A program made the translations under genes and the position numbers. A DNA stretch of 64,000 bases from Cyanidioschyzon merolae. Its lineage: Eukaryota. The stretch is from the NCBI GenBank assembly GCA_000091205.1, contig AP006494.2. One strand, 5' to 3'. Below the pieces are notes generated by a model that saw nothing but the letters and a program-made list of their open reading frames with translations, did no database searches and had not been told where the DNA came from. Each line of letters begins with the position of its first letter. Position 1 is the stretch's first letter. Positions 11,648 through 22,296 of the stretch are shown here, one piece after another.

Positions 11648-13432
11648 GTGTACCAGAGCCGTGATAACTCTGGACTGCCAACCGTGCGCCGCAGCCTAGA
11701 TACGCGCTCCCAGAGAAGTAGGTGCCAAATCATGACTTGGGCTTTTCTCGGTTTCCTGGCACCCCTGCCGGCTTGGAGGTGCGATCATCATAAGACGATA
11801 GGTGCTGGCAGCTGCAATTCGTTGCATACGGGGGGCGCTCACTGTTCCAGGCTGCGCCGTGCGGCCCTTGTGCGGGTACCAGGTCTCATAAATCCTGCTC
11901 CGTCTCTGTGGTATGCTAAGCGGCGCAGCTGCCGGCGCAGTGAGAGGTCAGCGCCTCTGAATCTGACATCCTCATTCGCCTCCCTGGGTGTTTTCCCGGA
12001 ACTCGTTACAGCACTCGATGCGGTGGGCATCCAGACCCCAACTGCCATTCAGACCCGCGCCGTTCCTGCGATTCTCGGAGGAGCCAGCGTTATCATCGGA
12101 TCTGCGACAGGTTCAGGCAAGACCCTTGCCTACTTGCTCCCAATAGTACAAAGACTCAAAAGCGAAGAACAGCAGGTCGTCTCGGAAATGCAGACAGAGG
12201 AAGCGGCTGAAATGATGCGGCGTGGGCGGCATCCCCTGCGCAGACCAGGTGCACCGCGAGCGTTAGTCATTACGCCGACTCGAGAGCTTGCAGAGCAAGT
12301 GCTTGGAGTCTGCAAGCACCTATCGCACTATATCAAAATTCGTGCGGCTTCGGGTCTGGGCGTCCGTCGCATAGTTCGCGCGCAGTTGGAAGAGCAGCCT
12401 GTCGACATCCTGATCACGACAAGTGGACGTCTACTGCAGCTCCTGGACGAGCAACTCATTCGACTGCGATCTGTGCAAACTGTCGTTCTCGACGAAGTAG
12501 ATACACTGCTGCTGGATGAGGGAGGATTCCACGACGATATTCGACAAATCATGGGAAAAGCCCGCAATACGCAGCAGTTCATCGCCGTCGGAGCGACGCA
12601 CCCCACTGCAGCGCAGAAGCTCTACAGAGAGTTCTGTCCAGGTGCAAAACCCATCACTGTGGATCTCCACCAGACACCATCGAACCTGCGTCAGAGGTTT
12701 ATTCGTGTGAGCGGTGCGAACGGCAAGACCGATGAAATCCTCGCGCTTCTCAAGGAGGAGACTCATAAGAAAACCCGTTTGCTCTCCGGAGGACGAGTTA
12801 TGGTGTTCTGCAATACGGTCGACAGTTGTAGATTTCTGGACTATTTTCTGCAGGAGCACGGCTTCACTACAGCGAATTACCATGGTGACATCCCGAAAGA
12901 CAGGCGCGAAGAAGAATTTCAAGCTTTTGTACGAGGCGAACGGCAGATTCTCGTTTGCACTGACATTGCGGCACGGGGACTCGACTACGACCACAAGATA
13001 GATCAAGTGATACTCTTCGATTTTCCGCGCACTGCCATAGACTACTTGCATCGGGCCGGGCGCACCGCTCGGGGTCCCTCGGGAACCGGCACCGTTACCT
13101 CTCTCGTAACAAAAAAAGATTTGCCACTAGCGAGCTTCATTGAGGACGCAACTCGCATCGTAGGTGTAGACCTCGTGCAGTACTGCGAGACCAAAATGCG
13201 TGAAGCCGTGAAACGAGACGAAAAACCCACGAACGTGAACGCGTCCAACGCGCCCCGCTCCGGTACTCGCCCTGGATCACGTACACGTCCTGGACCTGGT
13301 GCACGTCCTGGACCTGGTGCACGTCCTGGGCCTGGTGCACGTCCTGGACCTGGTGCACGTTCTGGACCTGGTGCACGTCCTGGACCTGGTGCACGTCCTG
13401 GGCCTGGTGCACGTTCTGGGCCGCCAAAGTGA
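11648..13432 (+). CDS. DEAD-box-family RNA helicase (DEVD variant) with an N-terminal extension (possible transit peptide) and a C-terminal (RPGPGA)n low-complexity tail
   Basis: Helicase motifs visible: I 'GSATGSGKT', Ia 'PTRELAEQ', Ib 'TSGRLL', II 'DEVD', III 'VGAT', V 'ARGLD', VI 'HRAGRTAR'. The helicase core starts near aa 110. The first ~110 aa are R/S-rich, so the true start codon is uncertain. Confidence 0.8.
   Translation: MYQSRDNSGLPTVRRSLDTRSQRSRCQIMTWAFLGFLAPLPAWRCDHHKTIGAGSCNSLHTGGAHCSRLRRAALVRVPGLINPAPSLWYAKRRSCRRSERSAPLNLTSSFASLGVFPELVTALDAVGIQTPTAIQTRAVPAILGGASVIIGSATGSGKTLAYLLPIVQRLKSEEQQVVSEMQTEEAAEMMRRGRHPLRRPGAPRALVITPTRELAEQVLGVCKHLSHYIKIRAASGLGVRRIVRAQLEEQPVDILITTSGRLLQLLDEQLIRLRSVQTVVLDEVDTLLLDEGGFHDDIRQIMGKARNTQQFIAVGATHPTAAQKLYREFCPGAKPITVDLHQTPSNLRQRFIRVSGANGKTDEILALLKEETHKKTRLLSGGRVMVFCNTVDSCRFLDYFLQEHGFTTANYHGDIPKDRREEEFQAFVRGERQILVCTDIAARGLDYDHKIDQVILFDFPRTAIDYLHRAGRTARGPSGTGTVTSLVTKKDLPLASFIEDATRIVGVDLVQYCETKMREAVKRDEKPTNVNASNAPRSGTRPGSRTRPGPGARPGPGARPGPGARPGPGARSGPGARPGPGARPGPGARSGPPK
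13262..13420 (+). repeat. 18-bp tandem minisatellite (~9 units of 'cgtcctggacctggtgca') inside the helicase CDS, encoding an (RPGPGA)n tail
   Basis: It is directly visible. The units are imperfect (cct/tct, gga/ggg variants). On the opposite strand it generates a spurious 'DVHQVQ'-repeat ORF (13137-13934). Confidence 0.9.
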
Positions 13433-13474
13433 ACTCGTGGACCGCTAACTGCCGTTTACCTCTACTAGACTCGA

Positions 13475-15490
13475 CCCCCAGGTGCGTGTCATCAAATGCA
13501 TTTTCGCCATTTACAGCAGATGTGTTCGAAGTGCGTTCATTTTGTAGAAAGAAAAGGCCATGAGATAGGTATGGACGTTGTAGTCGGGAATCCTGGAGGA
13601 CCGTCATCGCCCGGTTCGACATAAATGCGAAAATATCCCCTTTTCGCCAACCATCAAGCGAAGAAGCGCAAATGAAGAAGCTGAAGAGGGGCAATATGCC
13701 AGAAAAGATGTTTGTCCCACGGGACGATGACGAGCCTGTCGTTGCACAGAGGCTGCGAGCTCGGAGAATCCCTGCATTGATGAGCACCACCAGCGTCAAT
13801 ACAGGCAACAAGCTCATGAACGGAAACCTCAACGCCCCCATCAAAATCAGAAGATACGCGGTGCTGAAGACGAGACCAGCGGAGCTGACTCGCGCAAACT
13901 TTGCAGGGCAGCATCCCAGGCTCGAAGTGTGCAAGGGGAGGCTGAAACCGACGGTAGGGGGCCGGTCGCAAAAAGGCTGGGAGGCGGCGTCTGCGGATAG
14001 ATATTAATTTGCACTCCATGGTCGTGCAGCTCTTTTGCATCACTGACTTGTGGTGTGTCTTAGGGTACAGTGATTCCCGCTTCTTCATGGGCACCACCGG
14101 CGTCAACAGTCGATGTTTGCTGCGCGAGCGTCAGGCACGATGCGTGGTTAGAATAAAATGGAACTCTGAACAGAGCGCTCTGTTCCGTCGTTGACCTTTT
14201 TTCCTAAACGTTTTTAGTTGCGCAGCCTCGGCATTCAAAGTGCAGCAATAGGAAATCGGGGATTCATACGTAGCTTTAAGATGCTCCGACGTCTCGGTGG
14301 AACGGCTTTTTCTCCTCTGTTAAACTGTCATTTCTTCGGTCGTTGGAATCAAGATGATCCACGACGCCTGTTAAGAAGGGTCCGCAAATTGCCCGATATC
14401 ATTATCGACTTCATTCCAAAAAGCTTCCGGTGCTCTCCTTTCCGCACGTATACTATGCTCAAATCCGGAAATCTTCTATTTATCTATGTTTCTGTTTCAG
14501 GGCAGGTCATATGCGTGGCAATTTGCGCCGCTAGATAGACGACGAAAGAGTCAAAGTCGCTTCTCGATGAGTATTTTGACAAGCTTATGCCGAAGGTTTT
14601 CTGAACGTCTCACGACAAATAAACGATCTCAGCCGGATGAGGACTCGTCCTCTTTATGTGGACATAGAACAAACTGCATTCCGTAACAACGTGATATCTT
14701 TCACGAGATATGTTCCTGGGGGCTCTCGTATTTTCTCTCTGCATCAGAAAGGGTCAAGGACTCGGATTTGCATCCTCGCGGCAACCGCTTTTCGTGGAAA
14801 TTCCGTCACCTGTTTGTACGGAGGGAGCGTAGACGAATCGAAATCTCTCGACTTGTTCTCCAGCTTATATCTGCCTTCCGTTGCGTGTTTCGTAATGGAG
14901 GAAATCGCGTTCCGAGACGCTTATTTCGAATGGAGCAATGCACTATTCCGTGCGTAGCGGACAGAGGACTCGTCGAGGGGATCACCTTCAAGAAGCCCGT
15001 TATCATTGGGTACGACATCGGGCGCGGAAACCGAGAAGGTCCTGGCAAGTAGCGCTTCATAGCTGCCATTGGCATACACCGAGCATTGAAGTGGGCCTTC
15101 TGGCATGAAAGGGCAACGCTCAAAACAGGAGAAGCGATGGATGTCCGGGAATGCCTGACCAGAGTCATATCCTGCCGTTGGAAAGGGCACGTCAAGGCAG
15201 CGCACAAAGATGATGGAAATATGAGGTGTAGGGTAAATCACATCTGCCGTCTGCGCATGAAATACGTCGACAACAGCTGGAAGCAGCTAACTCGGGACTG
15301 CAACGCAGCCATCAACATCATTCGGCTGTCGATAACCCAGCTGGAGGGAAACGAGAGACCGACGTATTGAACGCCGGATATAACAAAGAGGAAATGAAGC
15401 AGTCTCTGATAAAAGCTGAAAAGGCTGATGTTGGTGACAGTGGGTATGGACTCAAACTTGAGATTGCACGCACGAGTTAGGAAAGTGGAC
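13475..15490 (+). mobile_element. Most complete member (~2.0 kb) of a TnpB/Fanzor-like transposable element family. Order: left end, N-terminal OrfB/TnpB-like block, a decayed middle, a C-terminal Zn-finger/RuvC-III remnant, then the conserved 3' terminal module.
   Basis: The left end 'cccccaggtgcgtgtcatcaaatgc' recurs at 46684 and 49021, and in reverse complement at ~3757 and ~11290. ORF 13672-14007 carries 'IKIRRYAVLKTRPAELTRANFAGQHPRLEV', consistent with the TnpB N-terminal pattern (k-a-y-k-f-R-L-y-P-T-x-e-Q...f-G). Frame 2 at 14768-15370 reads '...VIIGYDIGRGNREGPGK*RFIAAIGIHRALKWAFWHERATLKTGEAMDVRECLTRVISCRWKGHVKAAHKDDGNMRCRVNHICRLRMKYVDNSWKQLTRDCNAAINIIRLS'. Region 15410-15490 matches the R4/R5 3' termini. 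Confidence 0.55.
14768..15370 (+). pseudogene. Decayed C-terminal half of a TnpB/Fanzor-like (OrfB_IS605-type) nuclease: a degraded Zn-finger followed by the RuvC-III motif 'RDCNAAINIIRL'. Interrupted by an in-frame stop at 15050-15052.
   Basis: I re-derived the codons at 15293-15328 as cgg gac tgc aac gca gcc atc aac atc att cgg ctg, which is R D C N A A I N I I R L. TnpB/Cas12/Fanzor proteins end with ...C-x2-C...(H/R)D-x-NAA-x-NI.... The upstream 'TRVISCRWKGH' and 'MRCRVNHIC' fit a degenerate CxxC...CxxC finger. ORFs 14768-15052 and 15086-15370 are in the same frame, separated by one TAG. Confidence 0.5.
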
Positions 15491-15695
15491 CCGTTCCATT
15501 TTATTCTGGCAAGGATGTAGACAGCTTCGCGCATTATACTTCCAGCGAGATACTGACAAGGCAATGCGGACTACAGGCGACCAGAGCCGCAACCACGCGC
15601 GTCGCGAATACCGCGGGGACTCACTGGCATATAACAAATAGGACAAGGACGCATTTACACATGAGAGAGTGTGCTTCGTTCTGTGCTTGCCGCTT

Positions 15696-17699
15696 TTAAG
15701 CCTTGAAACGACGGCGAGCAAGCGGTCGAATGGGATCCATACCGCGCGTCTGATCAAAGCGTCGTAGCTCGAGGGCACGTTTCGCGTAGGTGTCGGCACG
15801 TTCCTGATTACAGCGACGTCGTTCGAATGCAGCCCATGAATTCCAGATGGCTGGATCCTTGGGAGAAGCGTTCACCGCTCGCGCGTAGTAGTGTTGAGCG
15901 AGGTCGTCGTTACCGAGATCGGCCTCAAACCGCGCGTATGAAGCCCAAAGCCACCCAGCTGAGCGGTCAACTTTGAGGCCACGCTCAAAAAGATTGCGCG
16001 CACTTGTAACGTCACCGCATTTCCATTCCATCAAGGCCCAGCTGTGATACAGAGAAGCAGTGTCTATTGGGTATCGACTCTCACTGTTGGCTGCACTGCA
16101 GCGTTCGATCCCCCTCGAGTAGATGTTGCGAGCAGCGTCTATGCGCATGTCGGCCTGCTCTACCAAACCCAGATACTGGTAGGCGTAGGGGTATCCATCG
16201 TCCACCTCGATAGCCCGGGACAGCAGATTCCGTGCAGTCTTCAGATTTCCCAGACGAAGTTCGAGTTTTGCATATTCGCAATGAAGACGAACATCGCTCG
16301 GGAAGCGTGCCACTGCCTCTGCGTAAACGCGTCTCGCGCTGCGTAAGTTCTTGCACTTTTCTTCGAGGCGTGCATAGGCCTGCCACAGCGCAACGGGGCC
16401 ACCGACGCCGTCAAGCTGGATGTTACTGGGCTGCGGTCGAGCTCGTGCCTCAGCGAGGCCCTTGATGTAGGCTTGTCTCGCCGCACTAATATTACCGAGG
16501 TATTCCTCCATTTGTGCGAGCGAGAGATACGCCTGCATAAACGAGGGATCTGCCGAGATTGCCTTGAGGAACGAAGCCCTTGCCTTGGCCGGATTTCCCT
16601 GCTTAAACTCGAGAACACCTACTGCGTGTAGCAGATGTACATTCTCGTGCTCATTTTCCAGGGCTTTGTCTAAGAGGTTGCGCGCGAACTTGCTCCGTCC
16701 ATATTTGTCTTCAAGGACAGCGAGCGATCTCAGGAGGCGAGTGGAGCTCGGGTCGAGGCGAAGTCCCCGAACGAGCAATTCGTATGCCCGTTGGACGTTG
16801 CCCAGTTCATCCTCCATCATCGCCCAGGAGTTGTATGCAGAGAGAAATTTCGGTTCAACCTCCAGGGTCTGTGCGAAAAGCTTTCGAGCGCGTTCCCAGT
16901 TCCGTAACAACTTTTCGAGGTCTGCTAGGGCCTGGATCAGAAAAGGGTTACCAGGATTGGACTGAATACCTCTGCGAAGCGTATTTCGAGCCTGATCAAA
17001 GTGACGCTGACGCTCCCAGCCACGTGCGAGAAGCATCCAAACCTTCCCTTCTGACGGGCACAGAACAAGCGCTTGTTCATAGCGTGCTACAGCGACCTGC
17101 CAGTGACCAGATCGTTCCGCTGCCAGAGCCTCGCTGACGAGCCGACTCGATTCCAGCTTCCTCGCGACGGTTATACTTTCCCTTGATGGCGCAACAGGCT
17201 GCAGCGTTAACTCCGCTCGCACGAGTGGCTGAGAGCTGGCCGCGGGTCCCGCTTCACCGCTAGCGTCCAAGTCGGGGTGCGCCGCGTCGTTCACCGCTGT
17301 GACGGGACCAGCGGCAAGCAACAGGGAACTGCGCCGGCAGAAACGCCCCAAAATAGGGAAACTAATCTTTCGCCGACACGTTCGAGGAACACAGGAAGCA
17401 GGTGTGAAACCGTTTTCCCCGCCCAGCCCCAGTGCCTTCGACTGCCAGTGTGGACAGCTCCCCTGCCCCGCATCTCGACGTACTAGAGCGTTTATAAAGC
17501 CAAGAGACGAGCTGCTTCGAGAAAAATTCGCATTATCTAGACTACTTGACCGCCCCAAGAATTGGTGCTCGGCAAGAGACATAACGCGTCGCTTCCTCTG
17601 CCTGAAGAGCGAGTTTCGTACCCTGACCTCCAACGACAATAGACGCTTACAGTCAATCCGCTTGGACGCGATTCTACGTTTGTCCACCATATTGTCCAT
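15696..17699 (-). CDS. HAT/TPR-repeat (RNA-TPR) protein resembling plastid RNA-maturation factors of the HCF107/Mbb1 / crooked-neck type
   Basis: The 667-aa ORF has ≥10 tandem ~34-aa repeats with the W/A/Y-x3-E-x3-G-x6-AR-x2-F signature. Examples: 'GKVWMLLARGWERQRHFDQARNTLRRGIQ', 'SAYNSWAMMEDELGNVQRAYELLVRGLRLDP', 'AYLSLAQMEEYLGNISAARQAYIKGL', 'WNSWAAFERRRCNQERADTYAKRALE'. The N-terminal ~170 aa are low-complexity, so a presequence is possible. Confidence 0.7.
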   Translation of the reverse strand: MDNMVDKRRIASKRIDCKRLLSLEVRVRNSLFRQRKRRVMSLAEHQFLGRSSSLDNANFSRSSSSLGFINALVRRDAGQGSCPHWQSKALGLGGENGFTPASCVPRTCRRKISFPILGRFCRRSSLLLAAGPVTAVNDAAHPDLDASGEAGPAASSQPLVRAELTLQPVAPSRESITVARKLESSRLVSEALAAERSGHWQVAVARYEQALVLCPSEGKVWMLLARGWERQRHFDQARNTLRRGIQSNPGNPFLIQALADLEKLLRNWERARKLFAQTLEVEPKFLSAYNSWAMMEDELGNVQRAYELLVRGLRLDPSSTRLLRSLAVLEDKYGRSKFARNLLDKALENEHENVHLLHAVGVLEFKQGNPAKARASFLKAISADPSFMQAYLSLAQMEEYLGNISAARQAYIKGLAEARARPQPSNIQLDGVGGPVALWQAYARLEEKCKNLRSARRVYAEAVARFPSDVRLHCEYAKLELRLGNLKTARNLLSRAIEVDDGYPYAYQYLGLVEQADMRIDAARNIYSRGIERCSAANSESRYPIDTASLYHSWALMEWKCGDVTSARNLFERGLKVDRSAGWLWASYARFEADLGNDDLAQHYYARAVNASPKDPAIWNSWAAFERRRCNQERADTYAKRALELRRFDQTRGMDPIRPLARRRFKA

Positions 17700-18083
17700 T
17701 TCATGCCTATTTATCCATCATTTTTCTGGTGATCGGCTAGCGCGCGCCCCCTATGGCATAGCGATCAGAGCAGGTCGCCGCCACTGCCGCCTCCAGCGTG
17801 ATGCAGGCAGCCGCATCACAGCTGCGACTGGAGCATCACCTAAGAATATCAGCAGTGCTGCATTCCCAACTGCGTACACGGAAACGAAGCGACGGTCACC
17901 AATAGTATGCTTGTACACACGATTCGAAGAGGACCACTGCTACAGTCCAATCCAGAGATTGTTCGAGAAGCTGAGAAACAGGCTTTTAAGAAACGTCATA
18001 GGATATTGTGCACCGCTGACGCCCTTAGTGCCCCATTGTAGGTGAGAGCGCCGGTCATGAGCCAGAAAGGATCGTATGCTCTC

Positions 18084-19750
18084 TAATATTGACTATTTCG
18101 ACACCAGTATCACTCATGAATCGCTCAGCAAAATCATACGCGTTTTCTACAGATATGGCGCATCAACCGTCCGGGAGTGCTGAACAGCACCACGCCTGTC
18201 CCGCCTCTGGATGAGAATCATTCAATCACGCCACGCATGACAGCCGATTCTTCCCAAGTCTGATTCGCCAGCGCTCGGGGACAACGCTCACACGGTATGC
18301 TGAACGATTTTCACATAGTTTCGCGCGACCCAAGCCTGCTGGACGCTTCGGCAGCTCGGCACATCTCCGGATGCTGATAAAGGCGTTGATGTCTCAGAGC
18401 AGCAAAAAAGGATCGCACGCATCGCTCCCGGCAGAAGAATCAATCCGTCACAGTCCGATCGCCTCGCACTGCGGCGTCTGCCATAGTCTGGTAAACTCGG
18501 CTTGCCCCGTTTCGGGCACCCAGCTCACTTCTATGCTCGTCTTTACTCCCTGTTCCAGCGTGCACCAGTGCTCGTGGTGCGCGTGCGTCATCCTAAACGC
18601 GTCGATGGATACCGCACAGAACCGAGACATGCACTCACACTGCGCTCTCGTCCACAGGGCACGAGTGCGGCCTCTGCACACAACAGCACATCCAGCGCTA
18701 TAGGAAGCACCGAAGTGACGCGCATGATCGGTCGCTTCCATTTCGAGCGCACTGCACGAGCAGCTGAATACACGCTGCGTGCCGCCGTACAAAAGCGTCG
18801 TGGACGACGCGAGCGCGGTCCCAGGTACGCCCGCCACCGGTCTCCCGCATGTGGGACTCGGGCCTGCACTGGCTCTCCGAATGAAGCCTACAAAGCGTGA
18901 CCCCCGCCTTGATACGGTGCGGGGCGCATCGAGACGCGCGCTGGCGCCTTCGTGATGCTGGCTCGTAGGCCCTCTGGCACACGTATTGCCCCGCCGCACA
19001 TAGCACCGAGCACTGGAATCGCTGCGCAGCTTGATATGCGTTCTGTGCAGGTCTTTGGATACGTCCCGTCGATGTGGAAGCACCGCGACGGCCACGAGTG
19101 CCTTCGGTGTGAGACCCATGCGCATGCCAAAGGCTCTCTCTCCAACCACGATGAACGCTTCGCCGCGAGTCTCGCTGCTCGATTCAGGGCTCAGACTGGC
19201 AATATGCACGTAGACTGGTATTCCGTCGGTCTCCATGGTACCAGGAACCTGCTTTCCGTTTCCTCACTGTGAGCAGGCAACCCTGAACATGCTTCGTTCG
19301 TGCTCTTAGCAGCGTTGTCCACAGAGACCAGCGGTCGCTCTCTGCGCAGACTATGCAGTACACTGCAAGATTGTCGACCGCGACGCAGAGGAACTCTCGG
19401 CGACGCATATGGTGGCTGTCCCAGGTGGTCGCTAGAGGAGGCTGGGGCGCTCGCATTCGGAGAGCAAGGGCGCTTTTCTCTCGCGGAACCTGTTCATGCT
19501 GAGGCTGTAGCACAAGGTGCGAGGAGGGCACGTACCACGTTTCGACCAACCCGTGGGTACGATGTCCGTCGGTATCAGGCTGCCAGCAATACGATGAGCT
19601 TTGAGGATCGGGATCGACTTGTGCGCTCTCAGTGACGTTTCCTCGGAACTCGCGACCACCTCGATCGCTTTCGGCACCAGAAGCTCCTCATTGACCTTCT
19701 TCGATATGCGAAGCATTCTCTCCATGTGTCCCGACTTTTCTCAACCAGGA
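18084..19750. repeat. Dispersed repeat family R2, copy b
   Basis: See R2 copy a (offset 11632 bp). It lies in a ~3.8-kb gene-free stretch upstream of the HAT-repeat gene. Confidence 0.85.
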
Positions 19751-21618
19751 ACCTGAGGGTCCAACGTCCACGGAGCGCTCCATTTTGACCTTGTCCCGCG
19801 CACGGTTTCGGTTTTCGAGGTTGGTCTGATATTTCTGGGCACGTGCGCTGTAGGTTTTTTTCGATCGCCGACGAGGCATGGCGACGCATGAACATCGACC
19901 GGACAACATGTATGAACAAATCGCGGGTTTGACAGTCAGGCCGTGTTGCATCTTCAGCCACACGCGCCAGTTGCGATGTCGCATGAGAGTTTGACTGAAA
20001 AGCTCTAGTGGAATGTGGATTTCCAGCAGCAGTGCTTCTGGAGCTCCCCAAAAGACACTTGATTTGCGAATTTTGTTCACGCGGGGGAGGCCAGGTAAGC
20101 CTTCTTCGAATGCGAAGCATTTCGAGCCCCGATGGCGCCCTGAATTTTATACTTTGGAAGATTCTCGCAGTTGAAGTTTTATCGTGGGGAGACGCAGAGC
20201 ACGATTTCAGATTTATGTTTCTCCCCCGAACGCTTCCCCTTCACGCTGCTCGTTCTCCTCTGTTCAAGCGGATCTTCCTCTTCTTGCAAGTCGGTATCGT
20301 TTCCCATATTTGACCCTGGGGATACCATGCATAAGGTCGCTATGATCTTCAGCCGTTCCTGTCTTCGGGATTCAGACGCACCTGATGGACGGTGGCACAG
20401 TGGCGCGTCTCTTCTATACATGTATCTGCTATTCCTTACGTACCTTTCCGTCACTGTCTCGGTTGCAGGCGCACCAGCGCAGCGATGCACGCCTCCCTAC
20501 TCCATCCCGCGCACAAACAGTGGAGAACCATGGCAGATCAGCGCTGGCGAAGTTAGGGCATGTCTTAGCGAAGAGCGGTGCCATGAATGTCAACCGCTGG
20601 TCCATTGCTCCATGAGCGAAAACGCGGCGTATAACAGCAGCGAACAGAAATTTTTCTGGATTGAGCGCGGGACCACAGACTGATATGAAGCGGTACTCAA
20701 CTCGAAGCTCAGTCGCGTGCTCTTTTGACGCCTTAGAGCAACGAAAAGCGACGGTGTCTAAAACGAGTATATGCTGCTGGACCATTCTGTCTGTTTGCAT
20801 ACCTGTAGGCAACGAGACGCCTGGATCGCAACCAGGGCTGATGTTTTCTTGATGATCACTAGCGTCTTCTTCACGAACACCGGATTTCCCGCCTTCGAGT
20901 TCCCAAATTCGGGTCTTCCATTTCTCCCGAATGAAGTTTCATCGAGTGAGACGATCGCAGTTCGTTCCTGTGGTCCAAGTTCGCGTTTCTTTACGAAACA
21001 CACAGTGCGTTATTGAACACGCGAAGATCTCCCACAGATACATGCTGTTTTCTTTGTCCAGCTGTTTCTTTCCATCAACATTCTTATCAATGGTACCGAA
21101 AATGTCCAACCTGTGGTTGCAGTGGCAGCATTTCCTAGCATACCTATGGAGTGGCGCAAATTTTCTAAGCGACATCCACGTAGGTAGAGCCTGCGAATAT
21201 CTGGTTTGGCTGCACGACGTTAATAACAAATACTTGAAGACGAGCTGTTCATCAATATTTTAACCGTAGAATGACGATCGTATAGTAGCAAGGCCGTATT
21301 TTGAAAGCTAGACGTGACAAGCCTCCCTCTTTCCATGGCCTTTTTCCAGTGCGCAGGCTACAAACTTCGTCGCGCCGCTTGCACCCGGGCGCAACTAGCG
21401 AGCGGCAGGAACGCGCTCTACACATATTCCCAATCTCGTGGAGCACTGGTGTTCGTTCGTCTGAAAAACCTGCAGTTTCTGTGTACGCACGTGCGCCATT
21501 GTGCCCACTCGCTCGATAGACATAAGTGGTCTTTTCCTGTCTTCATCCTCAGCCAGAAATTAGGTTCTTGTTTCACTACCGTCGAAAGCTTCTTTTAAGC
21601 AAAACAGGTAACGCGCGG

Positions 21619-22110
21619 ATGCCACTAGATAACGCGGCGCCGACCGTTCATCAAGTGGATCGCTCCACACGGAAATGGCCACCTGCACCAGGGACTCCCT
21701 TTACAGCACAAGTTTTTGAAGCGATTCGTGACATTCGAGACCCAGAGCACCCAAACACGCTCGAGGAGCTCGCTGTAGTGACTCCCGAGTCCGTTTCGGA
21801 GAGCTCTCGGCGACGGTTTCTTCTGGTATCGTTTACACCAACGGTCCCGCACTGCAGTCTAGCTGCCCTTATTGGTCTTTGCATACGCCAGCGGCTTGTT
21901 GACCTCGGACTTTCGCCGACCTGCGTCTCTGCACTGCCCGAAGTGGGAAAATCGCCGTATGCCCTGCGACTAAAAGTGCTCGTAACGCCCGATACCCATG
22001 TGCATTGGCAAGAAATCACAAAACAGTTGAATGATAAGGAGAGAGTGCTTGCCGCACTCGAAAATGCGCAGCTTAGCTCTATGGTCAGGGGTTGTATGCC
22101 GCTCCCATGA
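21619..22110 (+). CDS. CIA2: MIP18/FAM96 (DUF59) family protein, CIA2-like cytosolic Fe-S assembly component
   Basis: '...[34 protein letters not shown]...[25 protein letters not shown]' matches the MIP18 hallmark ([23 protein letters not shown]...[24 protein letters not shown]). The ORF opens at 21526, but the first 31 codons look like leader sequence, so the start is placed at the Met at 21619. Confidence 0.75.
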   Translation: [163 protein letters not shown]

Positions 22111-22268
22111 ACCGCATTGTCGAAGCCTTTTCCAGGATCCAACGGCCTACTATCGCCGATGCCCGCAAGGGTACAGCAAAGCCGCTCTGCCTCCGTGCGA
22201 ATTCTGCCTCAGTGCTTTCGACGCTGCAGCAGAAGCTGACGATAGGCTCGGATCCCGCAGGATCGTTT

Positions 22269-22296
22269 GAACGAACGAACGAACGAACGAACGAAC
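22269..22296. repeat. (GAAC)7 tetranucleotide microsatellite
   Basis: 'gaacgaacgaacgaacgaacgaacgaac' is directly visible. Confidence 0.95.

Noticed and set aside
13137-13934. A 265-aa minus-strand ORF overlapping the helicase C-terminus and the R3 unit.
   Set aside because: Its length is produced by the 18-bp minisatellite read on the opposite strand ('DVHQVQ' repeats) plus GC-rich repeat sequence. It has no independent coding signal.
17299-18045. A 248-aa plus-strand ORF upstream of, and overlapping, the HAT-repeat gene.
   Set aside because: It is strongly R/S/P-biased with no domain. It overlaps the 5' end of the well-supported minus-strand HAT gene, so it is most likely a GC-driven spurious frame.
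2360-19750. I tested whether the large near-identical repeats R1 and R2 might be rDNA units or a 5S/spliced-leader array.
   Set aside because: None of the universally conserved rRNA blocks are present (GTGCCAGCAGCCGCGGTAA, TGTACACACCGCCCGTC, 5.8S ATCGATGAAGAACGCAGC, 28S GACCCGTCTTGAAACACGG). The copies are dispersed at 7.5-11.6 kb offsets rather than tandem.
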